64,000 nucleotides of DNA from Tricharina praecox (GCF_024521635.1 NW_026250410.1:682001-746000); one strand, 5' to 3'; shown: positions 1 through 13,295, counted from the first letter of the stretch. The notes: generated by a model not told the origin, from the letters alone. Numbers and translations are program-made.

Positions 1-3000
1 TAGCGTTGTAAACATGGAAGTACGGGTCCACATACCATCAAGCCACGAGGGCCAGCATAGATCTTCAAGACGCCCTGGCCCTCATCACCCGGCAGCACCG
101 CCTTGACGCGATACGTCTTGACGCCATTTTCCCAGAACGGCTGAGCCAGCGCGCGCTTCTTGACCACCTCGCCGGTCTCGAACACGTCGCCGTCCTGGTC
201 GATCGCAAACCCGTTTGCCTCCACCTCCGCCACGCACTCAACATCCGGCGGCACGCTGAACTCGATCTGCACCACCTCCAGGTTCTCCATCCTGATCAGA
301 CTGGTGTCGTAGTTGATCAGCTGCAGGCCATGTCTGAAGAACGGCGGGCAGGCACACGGCAACGCCATCAGTATTGGTAGCGGCAGTGGCGGGACCAGGT
401 GCTGCTCCTCCATCGTGAGCGGAATGTGTGTCCACACAAACTCACTCGGTCTTGTCAGGAAGTAGAAGAACTCCGCCTGGTTGACCGGTGCCTGCGAATA
501 CATGTAACGCCGAGGGTGGGTTGGAGACGCAAGCGAACAATCCATGAACCGCCACTCGCCATCCACAACCACCGCGTTCCACCAATGATTTGCGCGGGGA
601 CAGGTCTCGATTTCAACAGCCTCACCCGGAGCCTTGAGGAAACCCCGGACGATGTCGCAGTGGATTCCGACTGCTGCGCACATCCCCTGCACCACAGCCG
701 CGACCTCTTCGGGCGACCCACGTCTCTGTGCCAGCACTCTCCGCGCATCGATAGAATGTGGTCCGTACTCGCCGTCCATCGGTCCGCTCGGGTGCTCCCA
801 AGCGATCCTTTCCGTGATCCAAGTGTATATAGCGCGCAACCGCTGGACGTCGCTGCGGTACGGCCGACAGACCTGGTGGGTGGCAAGACTCTCTGGTGTG
901 GTGAACGGCGGCAAACTGGTGATGAACCTGGCAGCCTTATCGACCAGAGCCAGGCTGGTGGTCTCAAAGTCCTGCGGATTAGTGACGATGCCACCATCGG
1001 CCGCCTCGTCGCCATCCACGTCCTCGTCCAACGCATCCACCGGTCTCAGGACCGGTTGATCCATCATTTGCTGCTTCTCCTGCCGTTCTATCCGCTCATT
1101 CCTAGACAGCGTATTCGAGCGATTGACGTCTCGTCGGACCTGCACCCAGTCCTGTCCGTGCGACTGCATAGCCCTCGACTGCACCGGGATCTCATCGACA
1201 CCCCTTATGGACGCCGCGCTGGTCTTCGCACTGTTGAGGATCTTCTTGAAAAAGTTTGCCTTCTTGGGTTTCGGCGGAACGAGTCCACCAAAAACACCAT
1301 CGGCCGGAGTACTGACGGTCGTGCCCCACGTTTGACCACGCTTGCGACCAAACGTCCCCGTTCCGGACCCAGATCCCGAACCCGACCCGGAGGCCATGTA
1401 GCCCGATGGCGTTTCTGCTCGAGTGCCGTAAGTGCTCACCGGTCTGGGCGAATTACGTCCTGGGTCCTCGATGGTGCTGATGGATTTGTATTTCCGCCTT
1501 GCCAGACTACCAGCACTAGTGGCCGAGAACCCGCCGGCACTCATGCCGCTCATGATACTCGCACTTGTCAGAGCCGTTGAATTCGTGCTGTTTGTAGCGG
1601 ACGAGTGATTGGAGGTTGAATTCGACGAAAGGGTCTCGACTCTAGCCAACGGTCTCGGGCGAACCATCTTTGCCGGGCTGGCACTTCTCGAAGCATAGCG
1701 AAGATCGAAAGCGGGATTACGGGCCTTAAGCGTGGGATCGCCGGTCCTCGGTCGCTCGCTGTAGCTCGAGAACTTTGCCGGAGTTGGCGGGGGTATGTCG
1801 ACTTCGGAGTCACGCCTTGGTTGCTCTTGGAATCTCCGCAGACGGTCTTCCATCCGCTCCGCATAGCCGATCGGCATGGGAGGCTCGGTGGGATACATGG
1901 GGATGCCATTCTCGTCCTCATCATCCTCGTATTCATTCCGTCCAGCGATTCCCAGTGATGTCTCGGGTCGAATGTGCCGCTTCGTGGGACTTCCCGCGTA
2001 GATCTCTCCGAAGGATTCGGGGGACCAGGGAGCATTCGGGGTGCGAGGCCGATCGTCGTAAGAGCTCATATGCTCGAGACTCTCCATCACATCTTCCATG
2101 GCATTCCTCAGCGGACTCGGCGTCTGACCGTTTGGCGTTGGTGCTCTCGAACCCATCGGGGTAAGCCGTCCGTCGGGCGTGGGCAGAGGCAGTGGTGAGG
2201 CGGCCCGCCGGTTGACTCTGTGAGGCGGTGGGGCTGGCGGGGGCGAGTCGCCTCTATCATGCATCATCTCACCCCTACCATACGGATTCGGCGATGCTGC
2301 GCGCTGGTAGTCCCTCGGCGGTGCAGGCGATGTGGACCTGTAATGCTGCGACGGAGCGGGAGAAGTGGCCCTGTAATGCTGCGACGGTGCGGGCGAAGTA
2401 GCGCGGGGCATTCGATACGCATCTTCTCTCCCGTGTGGATTCGGCGATGCTGCGCGCTGGTAGTTTCTCGGCGGGGCGGGTGACACGGCTCTGTAATGCG
2501 ATGGCGCAGGAGAAGCGCTCCTGTGGATATTATCGCGGCCACCGAAGGACGGCGCGGGCGAAACAGCCCTGTTGTAGGGATTAGGATTAGGCGACGCAGC
2601 TCTACTGTACGGATTGGGCGATGCGGCGCGATTGTAGCCACTCGGAGACGCCGCGCGAGATATCGACCGTTGCTGGTTGTGGTGGTCCGGTGGCGCTGGC
2701 GAGCGCGATCTTCCCGTCCGCGACCTGGAGCTCCCCCCCTCCCCACCACCACCATGGCGATCGTGCGCGGGCGAAGCCCCCCTCCTCGAGCGGGTCGACG
2801 GCGCCGGCGACGCCGCCCTCGACGCCCTCCCTCTATCGCCGTCGGGCCCCAGACGCGAAGGACTGGCGTTCCGCGACGCCGGTCTCGGTGGGTGGATCCC
2901 GGGTCGCTGGTAGTTCTCGAGCACCTCCACGTAATTCGACGGGAACAAGCCCACCGTCTTGTTACGCCGCAGTCGCCCCATCCACCATTGTCCGTCTCCC

Positions 3001-3231
3001 GCGTTCAAACATTCAATCAGGTCGCCTTCCACGAAGCCAAGATCGCGCTTGGTCTGCACTCTGTCAGCTGGAACCTCACACCGCGCCGCGCCGCGCCGTC
3101 GTCACTTCGCGTTCCCGACGACGACAAAAACAACGACAACAACAATAACGCTGGCTTACCTCTCCTCCCCACGAGTAGATGGCCTTGCACATGCATGGGA
3201 ACGTTGGTAATGGTCTGCCCGCGCCCGGCAT
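1..3231 (-). CDS. CYK3: Cytokinesis protein 3 (SH3 + transglutaminase-like domain); 3' end runs off the window start
   Basis: Manual translation: ATG at 3231, exon 1 MPGAGRPLPTFPCMCKAIYSWGGE, intron 3159-3054 (GTAAG..CAG), exon 2 TKRDLGFVEGDLIECLNAGDGQWWMGRLRRNKTVGLFPSNYVEVL (SH3). The same frame near 590 gives ANHWWNAVVVDGEWRFMDCSLASPTHP (transglutaminase-like motif of Cyk3). No stop was seen before base 1, which would explain its absence from the ORF track. Confidence 0.93.
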
Positions 3232-4187
3232 ATCGGAGGTGGCTGGATCGCGTTGGTTGGTGGTGGTGATGATTCACGAGGCTCGGGGGGGATCCGGGAT
3301 GCGAGCTAGGGGATTGACAATATGTTTGATGAAAGGCTGATGGGAGATGATTGGCAACCTTAAACGATTGACTCTCTGTGACGAGGGAGTATCGGCAGGC
3401 AGTTATGGGTAAGTGTTCGGGTGGGGTGGGTGGGATGTGGAAGTGATGTGAGTTGAGGATTGTGGGAGCGAGGGTATGTTTTCGAGTGTATGGGTGATAC
3501 TTGGGATGGCTGGGTGTTGGGAGCGATAATAATTGGTGGCATATCTAGAGTGAGTGAGGTTGGTTGGACCTTGTTGCGGAAGGTAGTTGTTTTTTTGGGC
3601 TGGGTTGCTTGGGGAACCGCCGGGGGCGGGGGGGTGGGTGGGCGGTGGGCGGTGGGCACGGCAGGCGAGGCGAGGCGAGGAGAAGCACATCAAAACACAA
3701 AGGAGATCGATCTGCACGGCGGAGCGAGGATGAGCGACGCCCACGATTGCAAGAATAGCTCGATTCACGTGACAGGGCGACACGATAGGCGGGATAGGGG
3801 ATAAGCGGGGATAAGGGCACGCGTCGGGTGGGAATGGGGCGGGCGGGGAGTTGAGGCGGGGAGTGGGGAGCGGGGCGGGGAGTTTGAGGCGGGGAATCGG
3901 AGCAGAGAATGGGGGAGTATGACGGTAGCAGTAGGAGTGCGAACACGTGGAGACTGGCGATAGTCCGAAATGCGCAGAGGGGGCGACAGGCGCTCGCTTG
4001 AGATCCTTAGGCAGTGCATACAGACACAGGTACACAGGCACTGGGTATCATAGGTACATAGGCAAACAGCACATAGCACGTACATACAGGTACAGTAGGT
4101 AGGCAGTTAGCATATCTGACTGCTCAACATGTGCGGCGGGCATTCAGACGAATCCGATGGCACATGTGCATCGTTCGGGGTATATAC

Positions 4188-4297
4188 GCAGCTGCAGCTG
4201 CAGCTGTAGCTGTATGGTAGCTGTAGCTGCGGAGTAGCTGTATGGTAGCTGTAGCTGCGGAGTAGCTGCGGAGTAGCTTTGCAGTGCGTAGCTGCGG
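4188..4297. repeat. Degenerate hexamer/nonamer repeat (GCAGCT / GTAGCT / GCGGAGTAGCT)
   Basis: Visible run gcagctgcagctgcagctgtagctgtatggtagctgtagctgcggagtagct... Confidence 0.85.
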
Positions 4298-5175
4298 AGT
4301 GGGGTGCGGGCTTATCTAGCGCCAGGCGGGTGGCGGGGCGGGGCGGTCGATCGGGCACATAGTCGGACACTCGGTCAGCAGCGCTTCGGGTTTGCGGCTG
4401 AATCCTGCAGCCTGCGTATTCGATAGTACTCTACATATCGTCAACAATCCCTTCGGTTCCGAGACAAAGGAGATTACTCTACAGATGCTCAACCGGCGAG
4501 CGTGCAACGGTGCAAGTATCCGCTCATCCTGACCAGCAGCTCATCGAGTCATTCCATTGGCGGGCACCGGCTGAAGCTCAGCTGTTAGTTGCTAGATTTT
4601 GAAGATCTGCCTTTCTTTGTTGCGAACAGAGTGGCAAGAAGAAACAGTTTCCAGCAGCATCATTCCGGCGCCAATGTAGCGTCGACGAAGCCCGCGTACC
4701 TAAACGCCCAAGACTTGGTGCGCTTCACGTTCGGAAATGTGTCAGTTCGAAACGCGCTTCGAATGCGGGCCTTCGTATGGTGCACAGTGTGAGTACACAG
4801 TATCGCGGGTTCTCGTACTTGTCTGGTTATCTGGTTACATGCAGAAACAGAAAAGTAGCCGTCGGAAAACCTCAAGGCTGGTTGCCATCCGTCGCTCCAC
4901 GATCGCAACCTGACGTTGAGTACTACTAGTATCAATTCGTATTCACATACATTTTCAATGGTTCCTCGTGCAAACGCAGCTCAAACTTGAACGATATGAT
5001 AGGCAACACCCCTCCGCGACGCAAGTACGTATAAATAATTAGCCCTAGTCTTGCTTCTCCAGGACCTCCACTGTGTACTCACACGCTCTAATCCCTCCCA
5101 TCCCATCCATCCATCTATCTTCTTCTCCAATCGAACTCACCAACGAGCACCATATCTTCTCACAACGCAACAGAA

Positions 5176-6013
5176 ATGACGACCCCTACTACTACTACCA
5201 CGACGACGATGGGACATGCCTGTTTTTTCTACGGTGAAACAACCCTCCCCCCCTCCTCCACCCGCTGAGCTCTCGTGCTAACATTTCGCCGACGTTCAGG
5301 CACATTGATGAGCTTCAAGGTACGTCCATTTACCACATCCCATTTACCACATCCCAGCCCAATTCATCCCACCACCCCACTAACCCCCTCCCAGGTTCTC
5401 AGCCGAGTCCTCTACGGCACTCCCACGCCGGAAGCGTGGCAGAGCCAGGGCCTCCACATCCGCCCGGCGATCCTTCACGACTACTGCCGGCACCAAGTGC
5501 GCTTCGCAGACTACCCGGGGATCGTGGCAGAGCCCGGAAAGTGCGTGCGCGGCACGTATGTAACCGGAATCACCGACATGGAGCTGTGGCGGCTCGACGC
5601 TTTCGAAGGCGGCGAGTATAGGCGCGAGGTGGTGAGGGTTAGGTTGCTGCGGGGGGAGGGGGAGGAGGGGATGGAGGAGATGGGGGAGAGGGAGTGCGCG
5701 ACTTACGTCTATAAAGATGAGAACAGGCTCGTTAAGGAGGAGTGGGATTTTGCGGAGTTTGTGAGGGAGAAGCTCCATCGTTGGGTTGGCGACGAGAAGG
5801 AATACTCTGGTCAGTCGACGTCCGGGTCTGACTCTGGTGACGAGGAGGAGGACGGCGACGAGGATGGTGACGAGTGATGTAGCTAACTGTGCCCTGTTGT
5901 GCGCTCCAGAAGTTGACAAGCTCGATCCGCTCGGTGGCCGTTGGTGGGGAAATGGCTTCGCTGAGGGAGAGGAGAAATCGGAAGTCGACGAGAAGTTGAA
6001 GGCGGCGGTATAA
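5176..6013 (+). CDS. AIG2-like / gamma-glutamylcyclotransferase family protein (4 exons)
   Basis: ATG 5176. The FFY|GTLM motif is split by intron 5234-5299 and a 20-nt exon 5300-5319. Exon 3 has YCRHQVRFADYPGI..VRGTYV..LDAFEGGEYRR. Intron 5810-5909 (GTCAGT..GCTAAC..CAG); last exon ends ...EKLKAAV*. Confidence 0.88.
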
Positions 6014-6645
6014 TGGCGCTCAACGCATTGTTACATATGGCTAAATCTTTGACTAGCGAAATTGATGGGTTTGGTGGTTTTCTGTGCATTTCGCTTACTG
6101 GAATAGTGAGCTCCTGATAAAATATTCGCTGACACTGCACGGGTTATCACTCGGTTGGAACCACAACAAGTAAAGTGGTCATAGCAAATAATGCTGCCGT
6201 TATAGATGCTGTGCTGCATATAAAAAGAGGAATGTCTTGATCTCATCGACCTGCTAGGCTGCTACAAGTGCGTCAATTATGTAGCTATGGAACCAGGCGG
6301 CAAAGCAGGAAGCTCGAGTATTTGGTGCTCTACAGCATTAGTCTGGAGGCTGGCATTGTGTGGCTGAAAATCATGAACCATTTAGCAACGGCGTCCACAT
6401 CCACCAGTCGTACATCAAGCATTGGCGAAGGCTTACATACTAGTATGTAGCTTGGCCCAACGGAGATATTACGTAGTCACTGCGAACCGTAGCCCGTTGA
6501 CATCAAGCTACCTAGTGTGTAGTGTGATGCTTGACCGGGTAGCGAGCTTCCCTCAGCAACCCGGAAGTCTCATTGCCCCCACCTACGACATCCCACCTTC
6601 TTCCGCATCTGACTTACCAATCACCACCGACAAAACACCACAACC

Positions 6646-7865
6646 ATGGCGACCGCACCCACCGATCCGCCTGGCAAGCTGCCCGCGACCGTAGTTTGCA
6701 TTGGAATGGCAGGTCCGGCACCATTCTCTCCCCCCTCAATTGAGTCCATCCAAGTGCACGCATCTCACGCATCTCCTTAGGTGCCGGCAAAACGGCCTTC
6801 ATGCAGCGCCTGAACGCGCACCTACACGCGGCCGCCGAGCCACCCTACATCATCAACCTCGACCCAGCGGTGAAGAACGTGCCGTTCGACCGGCACATCG
6901 ACATCCGGGACTCTGTGAACTACCGGGAGGTGATGACGCAGTACAACCTAGGCCCGAACGGCGGGATCATGACGTCGCTCAACCTCTTCGCGACCAAGAT
7001 CGACCAAGTCATCGGGATCCTCGAGAAGCGCGCGGCGACGCTCACGCGCGTCCTCGTCGATACCCCGGGGCAGATCGAGTGCTTCGTCTGGTCCGCCTCT
7101 GGCGCTATCATCACGGATGCACTGGCGTCGACTTTCCCCACCGTCATTGCGTACATCATTGATACGCCCCGCACGGCACAGCCCGCTACTTTCATGGCGA
7201 ATATGCTCTACGCTTGCTCGATCCTCTACAAGACTAAGCTGCCAATGGTACTTGTCTTTAATAAGACGGACGCGCATGATGCCGCGTTCGCGAAGGAGTG
7301 GATGACGGATTTTGAGGCGTTTCAGGCCGCGCTGAGGGCGAGTGAGGAGCGCGGCGATGAGGAGGCGATCGGGGGCAGTGGCTACATGGGATCGCTGCTG
7401 AATTCGATGTCGCTCATGCTCGACGAGTTCTACAATCACCTCGATATTGTCAGTGTCAGTGCGATGACGGGTGCGGGCATCGATGACTTCTTGAAGGCGG
7501 TGGATGGCAAGGTTGAGGAGTACGAGAAGGAGTACAGACCGGAGATGGAGAAGGCGCGGGCGAAGAGGGACGAGGATAAGCTGAAGGGAAAGCAGAAGGA
7601 GCTGGACAGACTCATGAAAGACCTCGCTGTCGGAAAGAAGAAGGAGAAGGAAGAACCCAACGTCATGAGCGACATCGAGAGCAGCGACGAGGAGGAGGGC
7701 ACAGGCCTGGTGGAGCGAGATGAGGACGATGCCATGGATGAGAATCAAGAGGATGAGGATGGACTAAAGCAGAGATATGAGAAGGCGCTGAAGGAGCGCG
7801 GCGGCGATAAGGACAGCAAGATGGACGAAGAGAGCTTGCAGAGATATCTCCGTGCAAATGGTTAG
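6646..7865 (+). CDS. NPA3: GPN-loop GTPase 1 (RNA polymerase II biogenesis/import)
   Basis: ATG 6646, [13 protein letters not shown]-loop across intron 6713-6780; [23 protein letters not shown] (GPN loop), DTPGQIE, NKTD; acidic C-terminal tail. Confidence 0.96.
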
Positions 7866-8839
7866 ATAATCGGAGGATTTGCTTCTCAGGTCAAAGGCGT
7901 TTGGGAGTACATACTTAGAATTTTACTCGGCTGTTTCACGGAATCATGATACCAACTATGTACAATCGGGCGAACAGCTCGGGGGAAACGAGCTGAAAAA
8001 ATGAGCGTCCACGACAAGGACTGATGTCCCTCTGTGGCGGAGGCTGGAGTGTGGCTGAATAATGGCCATTTAGCCCCAGTACTTGCGCTCTAAATGAAGT
8101 CAGACGCCGCGTAAAGTTGGTGCGTTAAATCATCAGGGTTTTGGTGAAGAGCGGTAAATATTGTCCATGCGCACATAACGTCCTCATCGCGAGCTTCGTT
8201 ACCACATCACTAGCGTAGCCGACACGCTCGTCATGTCGCGCGGTAGCAACATGCATAAGCGACCGTTACACTCACATGATACGGATGGAAGGGCGATATG
8301 GGGGCGATCATTGACGGCGCAGCGACTGCGCCACATCGCTTATGCGTGTAAGAGCTCCCCACCAACGAACAATGGATGTGGCCTGCTCGTTTCACCACCG
8401 GTAGGTATCGGCACCGTCCGTACAGCCGACTTCCCCCACTTCAATATGCAGTTACAATGCCATACTGGGTGAGGTAGGCCAATAGTTAGTTGCCCAAACA
8501 GGTTCGAGCCCCCACCACCTCGGTGACGGAGATGCTGGGTGGGCCGAGTAGCAACGTGGCGCGGGTAGGGAGGCACGCAGCCATTGGGATGTGTAAGTAT
8601 TGTACTCTACCTATCGGGAGTCGTCGAGGCATGACTTGCCGCACGTTCTATTTAGCGCCAAGTCTCATCCTAGCTCACCAACGTCGTGGCTCGTCGTCTC
8701 TCCTCATTATCCCCCACATTCCCCCACATTTCCACCTATCGCCTCGCCTTATCCAACTGCACAACACCTCTGAGCTTCCCCAAGCTCGCACCGAAAACCC
8801 AACAAGCTTGAACATCACCGCCGACAAACTACCGCGGCA

Positions 8840-11800
8840 ATGGGGGCCGGAGATAGCAAGCTGTCATTCAAGAAAGGCGTGTTCCGACTCTCGGAAGAAA
8901 CCGTACAATCCCGCAACTCCATTCCTCCCGTTCCTTCGTTCTCCGGAAGCTCTGTAGCGGAATTCTGACCTTGCTCCGGCCGACCGATAGGACATTCCGG
9001 CGAACGACCCGTACTGGCTTTCGTTCTGGGAGCTCCCCGAGTCGGTCGACGACGTGTTCACGCTGTTTTCCGCGGCGGACATCCGGCGCGCGCGCGATAA
9101 CCACCTCCAGAACCTCGAAACCCTCATTCTTGCGCTGAGCTCGCGGCTGCTTGCGCTGCGCCACCATGCGTCGTTCCCGGATGACTCGGCTCCCGAGCGA
9201 CACGCGCTGAACTGTATCCGCATCCTGACACGGCTGATGCCGTTTATCTACGAGAGCGAGCAGCTGGATGCCTGGGAGAACCAGTTCTTTTGGGGAGCGA
9301 GGAGACGCCGTGCGAGGCAGGCGTATGCGGCGCCTCCTGCCGAGGTGCTGTTCGATGAGACTACGGAGCCGGATGCCGCGGTTACGGAAGATGAGGGCGA
9401 GTATGAGGATGCGCCACCGTTGATGGAGGAGCTGGTCGACTGCCTGATCGACCTGCTGTTCTATCAGGGCTTTACGCTGCCCCCGGCGACGAACGGGAAT
9501 GCGGGGAAGTCGAGGGTTACCTATGCGATCTGGCAGAGCGGAGTGGGGTGCAATGCGCCGGTGGGGACTACGCGCGAGGGCGAGAATAATAAGATCGAGA
9601 TACTGAGGCTGCTCCTGGCCATCACTAGCAAAGCCATGTTTATGCCGGCGAGTGTGCTGCCGATCAAGGGCGTCAAGGTGCTGACTTACATGGCTACCTG
9701 TCCGGATAAGAGGGTGGTCTTGTCAATGCTTTGTTCGCTGCTTAATACCACGCTGAAATACAACCCGGCGAGCTGGAGAGTGCCATACGACCATGTGGTC
9801 TTCACGGATCCAAGGCAAGTGCTGGTCACCTACAGTTTACAATTGCTCCTGGTGTTATTGCTGTATCCCGTTCCGGAAGCACCTGGTCCGGTCTTGAAGA
9901 ACAACTACCGCCACTACTTGGGCCGACTGCATAGAACACAGGACTTTCAGTTCTGTGTGGATGGAATGACAAGAATCCTAAATCAGCCGGTATGAATGTG
10001 TGCCATGAGATTATCCTGCGTGGCTTGGGGGCTGATGGTTGAAACAGATACAAGCAACGACATCGTACCTTCCCGGAAGCCAGAAATCGCTCAAATGGGC
10101 ACCGGAGATGATGATGCTATTCTGGGAGGCACTACAGTGTAACAAGCGATTCCGGAGCTTCATAATCGACACGGACCGAGTCCACGACTTTGTCGTCTTG
10201 ATCATGTATTATGCACTGGAGCACCGTCTGGACCCTTCACGATCGGGAGTGGTGCGCATGTGTGTCTTTGTCTTACAAACGCTGTCAACGGAGCATAAGT
10301 TCGGCAAGAGCTTGAACAAGCGCTTCGAGGGACAGGACAGCCTCCCTGCCAGTGTTCGGATACCGTCCTTCAGCGGCAGCTATGCGGATTATCTCATAAT
10401 CGTGGGTCGTCCCCGGAACTTTCATTCCCCCCGCGCGGTGTATTGACCATGTCCGCAGTCCATATACACCCTGATCACTACGAGTAAAGGAAAACTGAGT
10501 GCAGTGTATCCCGCGCTCTTGGCCATCGTTGCAAACATTGCCCCTCACGTCCAAAATATGTCATCAGCGGCGAGCAGCAAACTAATACAGCTGTTCACGT
10601 CGATGTCTGCGCCCACATTCCTGCTCGCAAATGAGAACAATCACTCACTATTGCACTCGTTGCTGGAGTCGATGAACGGAATCGTCGAGCATCAGTACTC
10701 TGGTAGGTCTTAGTGTTATTGCCGTATCTGACCAAAGACTGACTTGCGATGGCAGCGAACCCCCACTTTATCTACTCCATCCTCCGCCAAAGCAAGCGCT
10801 TTGAAGCTCTGCGAAACTTCACACTGGAGCAGGGCCAGGAGGAGGTGGACCGCGAGAACAGGCTCAAGAAGGACCGGGGTGAGGGCGTCGAGGGCTCGCC
10901 TAAAGTCTCCTTCAGCATGTCGGAAATGCAACGACCCAAAAGAGGAGGAGGAGGAGGAGCTCCAGATACGCCGGCGACACCTTCATCGCCTAACGCCTTC
11001 GAGATTGGGGAGGATTCGGACGACGATGACGAGGATGGGGAGGATGGCGAGGAGGAGGGAGGGAAAAAAGAAGCGAAACCTGCAAAGGCAAAAGAATCTA
11101 TACCGACATCTCCCACATCTCCAACATCTCCAATGGTAGCATCACCGAGGGCAATGTCGGAAACAGCTTCCACTTCTGGGCAATCAGAGGACGCAGTCCC
11201 ATTACAGCTCCGTGGCATGTCGGAGAAAGCTCGTGGTAAGCTACCGGAGGGTGCATTCCAGCGCCAAGGAAGCACCACGAGTCTTACAAACCACGTCTCG
11301 GGAGCCGCAACACCAACACTCGGTGGCAACGGCTTCGTACCGACGTCTGCTTGGGTATGTTCCTCCCCATCCACGGAATGACTTTGCAACTAACCGTTCT
11401 AGATCGAGAGTTGGCTCCCGCACCTCCCGCTGCACACGATCCTCACAGTGATCCAGCAGCTGCAACCCGAGCTCCGCTCCATCCTCGCGCCCAAACCCAA
11501 CGACAGCGCGCTGCAAAACACGCTCCCACCGCTCCTGGAGCGCATCCGCAAGACCGAGCTGCGCGGCGTCGAGCCTATCCCCGTCAAGACGCACATGTTT
11601 GAGTGGAGTCCGCAAGCCCTGGGCTGGTACGAGTCGCTGCTGTGGGGCTTCATCTTTGTGGGCGAGCGGCACGTGTCGAAGGGTACCGGTACGGTTGGCG
11701 TCTGGAACGGTACCGCCGTAAGGCTGTTTAGAGTCCAGGAGACGGCGCCGGAAGGACCCAGTTTACTGGCGCCACGCGGAGGTGTCGACGCTATCGGGAG

Positions 11801-11969
11801 TAATCTGATTGAACGCCTCGGCAGTGTCACGCTGGGTGGGAGGAGGGATAGTACTGCTACGCAGGGCCACGCGAGTAGGAGGGAGAGCACCCAGGGCCAC
11901 ACGAGTATAAGGGAGAGTACGGAGTCGGGAGCGGGCGGGTTACCAAACGTGAGATCGCCGACGGCATAG
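8840..11969 (+). CDS. HID1: HID1/Ecm30 family Golgi protein (multi-exon)
   Basis: Begins MGAGDSKLSFKKGVFRLSE (myristoylation-type N-terminus), then FWELPESVDDVFTLFS..DIRRARD, ALNCIRILTRLMPFIYE, IWQSGVG, YLGRLHRTQDFQF and C-terminal WYESLLWGFIF..GVWNGTAVRLF. ORF segments 9054-9995, 10039-10446, 10504-10713, 10749-11381 and 11448-11969 are joined by GT-AG introns. Confidence 0.92.
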
Positions 11970-12238
11970 AGTGCTGCCAGGTCTCTATGGGGCTCGGGGA
12001 GGAGGTGGTGATGGGAGATGTTTTGTTGTTTTTTGTGGCGGGTGGTCCTGTTCGTTTGATTCTTCTTCGTGTAAATGGTGTTAGGGTTGTTTCGTTCAGA
12101 ATATATCTTTCGGTTTTCTCCACCAGATTATTGGTACTAGTTACCCAAGAGAGCGTGGTCAAAACAAGGTAAAAGTTTGGTTGGATGTTGGCAGAAAGTA
12201 GCATTTTACATACCCGCTGGGCGGCAGAGATAGGGGCG

Positions 12239-13295
12239 TCATTTATCACCGCCGGAAGCTGCAGCATCCTCTTTCTTTTCGTCGTCATTCCCGCCGACTT
12301 TTTCGTCTACCTCTTCGGCAAGTTCCTCATCCTCATCCTCGCCCTCGTCCTCGTCGCAACTCGACGCCCCCGCATCCGCAATTTTCTCGTCCTTCTCCTT
12401 TCCCAAAAAGAACTCCTCGGGCGTAAAAAACCCAATCCCCACGCCCTGTGCCCACTTCCTATCCGAATCCGAAAAGTCGCCCTTCCTGCCGGCGGCATCA
12501 CCAACCAACCACGAGGCGTTCATATCCACCTCTCCCTGCAGCTCCTTTACTACCACATCCCACATCCCCTTCTCCGGCTTTCTATACCCGTCCTTCTCCG
12601 TCGCGGCATACACCGTGACAATAGGCAGGTCCAGCCCCGCCAGGACCGCAGCGACCTTGCGCTTGAATTTGTGCAGCGTCACAGTGTCTTTCCGTGGCGC
12701 TTTGAGACCGGCTTGGTTGCTGAAGATCGCTATGTCGTAGCCGGACTGGTATAGTGCAGCAAGCCGCGCCGGGATCAGTGGTGACCAGAAGGTCCAGTCA
12801 CTCGCGGTCCGCGCGTGGACGCTGCCCGAGAGAGTTCTGATTAGTGTGCCGTCCTGGGATTTGATGTTAGCATCTTTTCCTCCCCCTTCTGCAGCAGCGG
12901 GTATAGAACATACATACCAGATCAAATCCGGCGACCTTCCGCGGCCCCTCTCTCCCCCGCTCCACCGCCACCTCCGTGGCGCCGGGCGAACGGTACCGCC
13001 CGACCAGCAGCGTCCCGCCGACGACACGCCAGGTGGTCGGCGGGGGCGTCTTCTGGCTGGCCGGCTTGAAGAAGTTGACCATGGCGCTTTCTTTGCGCCG
13101 TTAGCTTTTCCGGTTGGGCACGGGAGGGAAGGGCATAGTACTGGTCGTTGTCGATTTGATCTTAGCTTTCTTCGTACTCGTTGTGATCACAGTGACACTG
13201 GAGGAGGAGGAGGCGGCGGCGGCGGCGGCGACGGGAGGAGGGGAGATACGCGAGGTCAGGCTCGAGAGCGGACGTTTCTTGTTTTGGGGCGGCAT
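12239..13295 (-). CDS. TPP1: DNA 3'-phosphatase (PNK3P HAD domain, Tpp1/Pnk1-phosphatase-like), 3 exons
   Basis: ATG 13295 (MPPQNKKRP). HAD motif AGFDL|DGTLI spans an intron; FSNQAG, YRKPEKGMW, VGDAAGR..DFSDSDRKWA, FFTPEEFF, then an acidic tail and stop. Confidence 0.88.

Noticed and set aside
399..3269. Long plus-strand ORFs 399-1580 (393 aa) and 2496-3269 (257 aa)
   Set aside because: Codon-aligned antisense shadows of CYK3; no motifs.
4500..4935. Protein-like minus-strand fragment (91-aa ORF 4660-4935)
   Set aside because: Short, not ATG-initiated, no recognisable family; cannot support a gene or pseudogene call.
8466..8520. GGTTCGAGCCC resembling a tRNA T-loop / B box
   Set aside because: T-stem does not pair beyond 2 bp and the surrounding sequence is too short to fold a cloverleaf.
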